From the NCBI RefSeq assembly GCF_036669915.1, contig NC_089320.1, positions 15,979,874 to 16,043,873 of the forward strand: 64,000 nt of DNA, read 5' to 3'. Each line of letters opens with the position of its first letter. The first letter of the stretch is position 1. Both the position numbers and the translations under genes were made by a program. Shown piece after piece: positions 58,865-64,000 of this stretch. Below the pieces are notes generated by a model. The model had not been told where the DNA came from. It saw only the letters and a list, made by a program, of their open reading frames with translations, and did no database searches. The stretch is from Pocillopora verrucosa (taxonomy: Eukaryota).

Positions 58865-59361
58865 CTGAAAAAACAAATACATAAAAAATAAATAGGTAAT
58901 ACTTTAAAATCCCAATGTTTTTCTCACAGCTGAAATCACAGTTTTGTAAATAAAGAAAGGCAGTTGTAATATATAATTGGAAAGGGAAGAAACAGTAACT
59001 GATTAGTGAGTAAAACAATAGCTTAATACCAGTATGAAAAAACCCTATCATTGTACCAAATACATGTTCAAAAATGCTGTATAATCCTGCACAGTTTACA
59101 TTTTTCCTGCAAGATTTCAATTTAATTTTCCCATACCCTGTCAAAAGACTGTAAAATGCAGTCACCTCTGGAAGGTTTCAACTACAATAATTCGACAAGG
59201 GAGACTTGGTATCCTGGTTAAGAGGTTGCTTCCTGGGTTCTCTACTTGTATTCTATGTTGTTCTTTACCTATTTCTATTAGAATGTCACTCTGTAAGGCC
59301 CCCTGAGTGAAACTCAAAGCTCAAAAGAAAGTGACTGTAAAATGAGTAATCATTATTTCAC

Positions 59362-59487
59362 CTTTTCTGATTCTAGCATGTTAAAGACATACTGCATAAC
59401 CACATCATCTTCAGCTCCAAGTATATCAATCAACTTCTTTGTTATCCAAGGTTTTATTATATCAAGGTTGACCTTTTCCATGTCCAC
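59362..59487 (-). CDS. SRRM1: SRRM1 exon 3 (PWI domain part 1): VDMEKVNLDIIKPWITKKLIDILGAEDDVVMQYVFNMLESEK
   Basis: Matches human VDMSKVNLEVIKPWITKRVTEILGFEDDVVIEFIFNQLE. gtgtcag| acceptor, AAG|gtgaaa donor. Confidence 0.95.
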
Positions 59488-60470
59488 CTGACACACAAAA
59501 ATTCAGAAGAGAAAAGACATGTTAACGAAAGGGCAAGGCTCTCTATTATTTCTACCATGTTGTGACAGTTACTTGAAGGCTGTATAACACAATTCATGGA
59601 ATACATTTTCATTGATCTATCCATGATGGTTAAAAACTAGTTTACCAAAATTGGATTGCCATTCACCTACAGGATAGCACTATCTACCCTTAAAAAAACA
59701 AGGGCCTGAACTAGAATCTTAGCCCTTTCACCAATGAGAGTGAGAAGCTTAGATCTAATTTCTTGCAACAGCATCACACCTGAATCAGATATCAAGGTCA
59801 TGAGAGTAAAGGAAACAATAACAATGGTTGGTAAAGAAGCTCTTACTAAAGCAAATAATCCTTGTAAGTACCATGGGAAAAATATAGAGGATGGTAAGGA
59901 GAACTTGGAGAACTTGCAAACTGATGTTATGGTGTAAATGAGTATTGTTCATTTTGCCTACATGACAATAATACAAACGGCCTTTATTGCCGTCTTGGTC
60001 TATCAAGTATGCTCAAAGCTATAAGTCAAAGAAACATTTGAAAATAAAGAACTCTTTCTGTACAGTGCCTCAATGATGTGGCCCATAGTGGCAGCTTAAG
60101 ACTTTACGTCCTTGGTATACTCATTAAGGTCACTCCTTAATGATAATTTTCGAGCCAAAAATAAAAAGTATTGATGTATCGTACTAAATTTAAAAGTTTT
60201 TTCGATGAAAAATACGTAAATTGTTAACATTTTCAATTTCCTTAGTCAACTAATTTAAGCTTCCCCTAGGCTCATAAACACAATAGCGTTTGCACGTGAA
60301 CATGATAACACAATTTTGCTGCATGCATGTTAATACTGCATGTGTCCATATTGACTGAAAAATTTCGTAAGTCTTCGAAGTACCTTAAGTATGTAGTACT
60401 CGTGAAATATGTTACAGTTACCCATGTAGTTTGAAAGAGAAAATCAAACGCCAACAAAGCACTGGCTTAC

Positions 60471-60560
60471 CTTTTTGTTGAGAACGTCGTCAAATCGCAT
60501 TGATTTCAACAACTTCTTTTGCTTGTCAAGAAATCGATTGTCCTGTTCTGCACTCGTACC
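60471..60560 (-). CDS. SRRM1: SRRM1 exon 2: GTSAEQDNRFLDKQKKLLKSMRFDDVLNKK
   Basis: tctacag| acceptor, AAG|gtaagc donor. Matches human GTSAEQDNRFSNKQKKLLKQLKFAECLEKK. Confidence 0.9.
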
Positions 60561-60652
60561 CTGTAGAAAAGGGAAACCTCTAGAATTTTAGCTAACCAAA
60601 CCCTCAAAAACAGCGAGTGAAAGCTTAGATATCAAGCTTAGTTTTTGCTCAC

Positions 60653-60676
60653 CCGAAAGAAACCAGCGTCCGCCAT
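60653..60676 (-). CDS. SRRM1: SRRM1 (SRm160) exon 1: MADAGFFR; ATG at 60674-60676
   Basis: Human SRRM1 starts MDAGFFRGTSAEQDNRF. Donor CGG|gtgagc. The start codon is embedded in AAGATGGCGGACG. Confidence 0.85.
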
Positions 60677-60800
60677 CTTGAAAGCCGCCTGGTCTGGTCT
60701 GATCACATGGCTTTGTTCGTTCGGCAAATCAATGGCCTATCGGAAAGTGTCATCGATGCGAGGCTCTAATACACATGTGGGAAGTAAGATGGCGGACGTT
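60664..60800. promoter_or_regulatory. Ultra-compact bidirectional SRRM1/SURF6 promoter, with 112 bp between the ATGs. An exact 13-bp inverted repeat AAGATGGCGGACG sits at 60667-60679 (minus) and 60786-60798 (plus), each supplying the start codon.
   Basis: Direct observation. The motif matches the YY1-type core AAnATGGCG. Confidence 0.7.
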
Positions 60801-61787
60801 GAGAGACTTGAGTTGGAAGAGCGGTTAGCGAGCCATTCCGCTTATTTCAATTCCCTGATCGAGTTGATACCAGTGAAATATTACCTACCTATTGATGAAG
60901 AAGAGAAAGCAAACAAGTTTTATAAAAATCGTTCGAGGAAAGCACCTAAACAGACTATTAAAGAGGCATCAAGGAAAGCCAAACGTGCAAGACTCGATCC
61001 GAACCAGCATAAAACAATTCAAGAAATACAAAAAGAGGCTGAGGGAAATGCTTCCACCGGAAATCAAATTGATCTAAACGATGAAGAAAAAATAGAGAGT
61101 CCTAACTTTAGTGTCGAAAGGGTGGAAAGCAAAAGTCTGGAGGACCTAAGATCTCGCCTGCATGCGAGAATAGAAGGCTTGCAAAGAAAACGTAACGCAG
61201 GAAGTGGGAGGCCAGATGGCTTACAACAACCACGTGCGAAGAAATCGAAGAAAGAAGTAAAAGAAAAAAATAAGCAGAAATTGGCTGCTACCTTTAAGGA
61301 ATCGAAAGGAAGTAGACAAAACGATTCTTTACCCAGCCAGAAAATATTAAACGAAAGTGGAGATGTTGTTTTTAGTAAATTTGATTTCTTGGAAGCTAAG
61401 AAAGAACCAAGACCTGGGATGAAAAAGAAAAATTACGAAAAACTGCTCGCTAAAGCTGAAGCTCGAAAGAAAAAGCTGGAATCTTTGAGAAAAGAGGATT
61501 TGTCGAAAGCTAAAGAATTAATGGATAAACTTTCTTGGAGTCAGGCGATTGAAAAAGCTGAGGGTATAAAACAACACGATGACCCTAAACTTTTAAAGAA
61601 GGCGATGAAAAAAAGAGATAAGGCGAAAACAAAAAGTAAAAAGCAGTGGGAAGAACGGATTGGTTATCAAAAGAAAATGGCAGAGGAGAAACAAAAACAA
61701 AGACGAAAAAACATTAAAGAAAGGATTGAAGCCAAGAAAGGAAAAAAATCTGGCAAAGGAAAGAAAAAGCACAGACCAGGATTCTAG
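60789..61787 (+). CDS. SURF6: SURF6/RRP14-family nucleolar protein, single exon, 332 aa: MADVERLELEERLASHSAYFNSLIE...HDDPKLLKKAMKKRDKAKTKSKKQWEERIGYQKKMAEEKQKQRRKNIKERIEAKKGKKSGKGKKKHRPGF*
   Basis: The basic coiled-coil C-terminus has the SURF6-domain pattern DDPxLLKKxxKxxxKxKxKSxKxWxER...QKKRxxNIKxR. This is recalled from memory, not searched. The ATG at 60789 is preferred over the ORF-track start at 60645, whose N-terminus is antisense to SRRM1 exon 1. Confidence 0.6.
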   Translation: MADVERLELEERLASHSAYFNSLIELIPVKYYLPIDEEEKANKFYKNRSRKAPKQTIKEASRKAKRARLDPNQHKTIQEIQKEAEGNASTGNQIDLNDEEKIESPNFSVERVESKSLEDLRSRLHARIEGLQRKRNAGSGRPDGLQQPRAKKSKKEVKEKNKQKLAATFKESKGSRQNDSLPSQKILNESGDVVFSKFDFLEAKKEPRPGMKKKNYEKLLAKAEARKKKLESLRKEDLSKAKELMDKLSWSQAIEKAEGIKQHDDPKLLKKAMKKRDKAKTKSKKQWEERIGYQKKMAEEKQKQRRKNIKERIEAKKGKKSGKGKKKHRPGF

Positions 61788-64000
61788 TGGTTATGATGAA
61801 ATATTTTTGAGACCAACACAGCAATAACAAGCAATTTAAAGAATAGTAGATAAGTGAACTTGACCCTTCAAGGCATAACGTTTGAAATTTTCACGACTAG
61901 GATTCAGTACCAAAGGGTGTACACGAGAACAAGGACAAGCTCAGGGCAAGTCTAACCTGAGGGTCTCCTCAAAGCATGATAAACAAGGAAAGTCATTGTC
62001 CTCTTTGTACTAAGACTTGTGATTCATTCTCTGGATTAGAGCTGTCTACTTGAAGAAGTATTACATGTCCAAGAAACTTATCTTCATTTATAAAACTAAG
62101 AACCAAATTTGTGCAGTGCTCACGAGGTCTTCCTTCAAAGTAGGAAAAAGGAGATAAGAAAAATGTGAAAAATGTGATGCAGTGACAAGTGTCCTTACAT
62201 CCATAATGAGCCATTAACATTCAAAAGGTCTGGTCTTATCTTTTCCCTTTTTAGTTCTATTAAATTATGACATATAAAGAAAGAAAGCTCAGATTTTTCA
62301 TAAGGTGTAAGGAATCTAGGCTTGAGCTGGCTCTCTTCCCTCTTTCTTTTTTTGAGTCTAAATTACAAATTTAACAACAAATAAAATATAGTTTCTTGTG
62401 AAGAGATGTTTACTCTCTCCTTTTTTTTTAATTACAATAGTATTTTACAAATAATTTAAAGGGTACTTGAGTACTATTTTGAACAGTTCTGTACAGTGCT
62501 CTCCCTTATGACTTGTTTATGTAAGTAAATCATGTCAACCTTCCAGCCCTTTAAAAATGCCAAGTGGAAAAGATAACCCCTTTATCCCCTAACATCAGTA
62601 TACATATTCTCCATACTGTTCTCCATACATTTCCAAAGGGGCTGACAAGGAAAATTTGTATAGCAGTCGAGAGCTGCTCTAGTTGGTGATCATCTCTTCT
62701 ACTCTCATTACTTTCATGTTTGGTTCAGGGGTGATATACTTAGGAGAAATAAGATGCTAGTCACTCTTAGGGACTTAAGGGTTAAAGTCAGACGGTGAAC
62801 ATTATAAACCTTTCCTGGCTTAAGCCTGTGTATTGGGTGAAATGTTCTCCCTTACAAATCTGATTGGGTCATTTCTTAGATACACAAGCCTGTATTTTAT
62901 AATGAAATGTAAAATGAAAACCCACATTTACAAAAAAATAATTTTGTGCACCTGGCTTCAATGTGAAAGTGAAAATTTTTGGGAACTGAAAAAGGCTTCT
63001 AGAAACCCCTGGTATATGCATGAAGAGCATGTTTTGAATAGAGAATTTCTTTAGCTGGGCTGACAAGGAATCACTTGAATGGGCTGCTCATTTGCTTTCA
63101 TAAGGTATTGTCTCTATGCATGCTGACTTGATGTCATGAATTGTTAAAAGGAAATAAGTTAAACAAGAACTTTCATCAGGTGTGGGAAGATTATATTTCT
63201 AGGGCAGTCATGGCTGTTAAATCAAGGCTCCTTTTTCTAGTCAGGAAGAAGGTCATCTCCAATTTCTTCATCACCAAATTCATCCTCAACTTGCTGTGGC
63301 CTTTGCCTGCCAGCAGTCTTTGGCCTTGCTGGAGCTTCTCCAAGAGGATCTGCATAAGTGGCATCTACAAACCAGGATGTTTAAACAGTTAATTATTGGA
63401 AAGAAGATACTTTGTGAACTAGGTAACTCAAAACTTCATAACCTACTACCAAGCATTCCTTTAAATCAGTGCATAATTCAAGGAAGGGTACCTAACATTT
63501 CCCAAAGAGTTTCACCTACATGCACTACCTGGGTTAGGCCTTTAACTCTAGATGTCTGATTGGTAATTCTCTCTTCAATCTGTTATGTGCTCTCAGTAAA
63601 TAAGCTAAGAAGTTTTGTTGTTACACCAATGTAGGACTATCTTACTGATAAAATTGTCTGATCAAATCATCAGTTCACCTATTTTAGATTATGACCAAGG
63701 AGTCTGAGTCAACTAGATAAAATTATTCACTGAAGTAGAGGTGAACAATTGTGGATATTTACAGTGTGTGCCTAGCCTCAAAATAGTGACTGAAGAGAGT
63801 AATATGTTTTTTAGTCATACAAATAGATGGAGTGTCTCCAAAGCTACCAACTAAACTAAATTTATACTTAAAAACTGTGGTATTAAAAACCTGACCCAAG
63901 GAATAATTCTCTACCAACTCACCAACTTCTTTTGATCCACTAAAACTAAATGAGTCATCATTATCTGGAATGAATGGTTTTGTTCGTCCAGCAGAGCGGT

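Noticed and set aside
60645-60788. N-terminal extension of the SURF6-like ORF (MLTRKKPASAILKAAWSGLITWL..).
   Set aside because: It is antisense to SRRM1 exon 1 and the shared promoter. The ATG at 60789 sits in the AAGATGGCGGACG context and is the likelier start. An in-frame ATG at 60732 cannot be excluded.

Overview
Eukaryotic (metazoan, probably invertebrate) AT-rich genomic DNA with small exons, canonical GT-AG introns, MITEs and micro/minisatellites; it is not prokaryotic. Coordinates were counted by hand and may be off by 1-2 nt. Six protein-coding genes are recognisable from exon translations. (1) A FIG4/Sac3-type polyphosphoinositide phosphatase, minus strand, about 24003-39750, with at least 20 exons. 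(2) TRIAP1, minus strand, 2 exons, 41451-42776. (3) MSTO1 (misato), plus strand, 3 exons, 42944-45615, head-to-head with TRIAP1. (4) SRRM1 (SRm160: PWI domain plus long RS exons), minus strand, 47825-60676. (5) A SURF6/RRP14-like single-exon gene, plus strand, 60789-61787, head-to-head with SRRM1 with 112 bp between the two ATGs. (6) A PAF-acetylhydrolase-IB-catalytic-subunit-like SGNH hydrolase encoded mainly by one exon, 54301-55352, minus strand, lying inside an SRRM1 intron in the same orientation. The left 24 kb has no gene I can name with confidence. It holds a low-confidence multi-exon gene at 1000-2134 and one large composite element at about 8600-13440. That element has two ~350-bp inverted arms, each carrying its own hairpin, around a 3.6-kb minisatellite of 42-60 bp units. 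Other notable observations follow. A TTAA-flanked MITE family sits in four introns. A dispersed ~250-bp repeat family carries an E2F-like site, two CCAAT boxes and a strongly base-paired ATG-plus-GTAAGA stem-loop. The 12-mer AAGATGGCGGAC overlaps the start codon of three genes, as an exact 13-bp inverted pair at SRRM1/SURF6, with a variant at MSTO1. A long palindrome lies between the convergent 3' ends of MSTO1 and SRRM1. A (TA)34 tract lies just upstream of FIG4.
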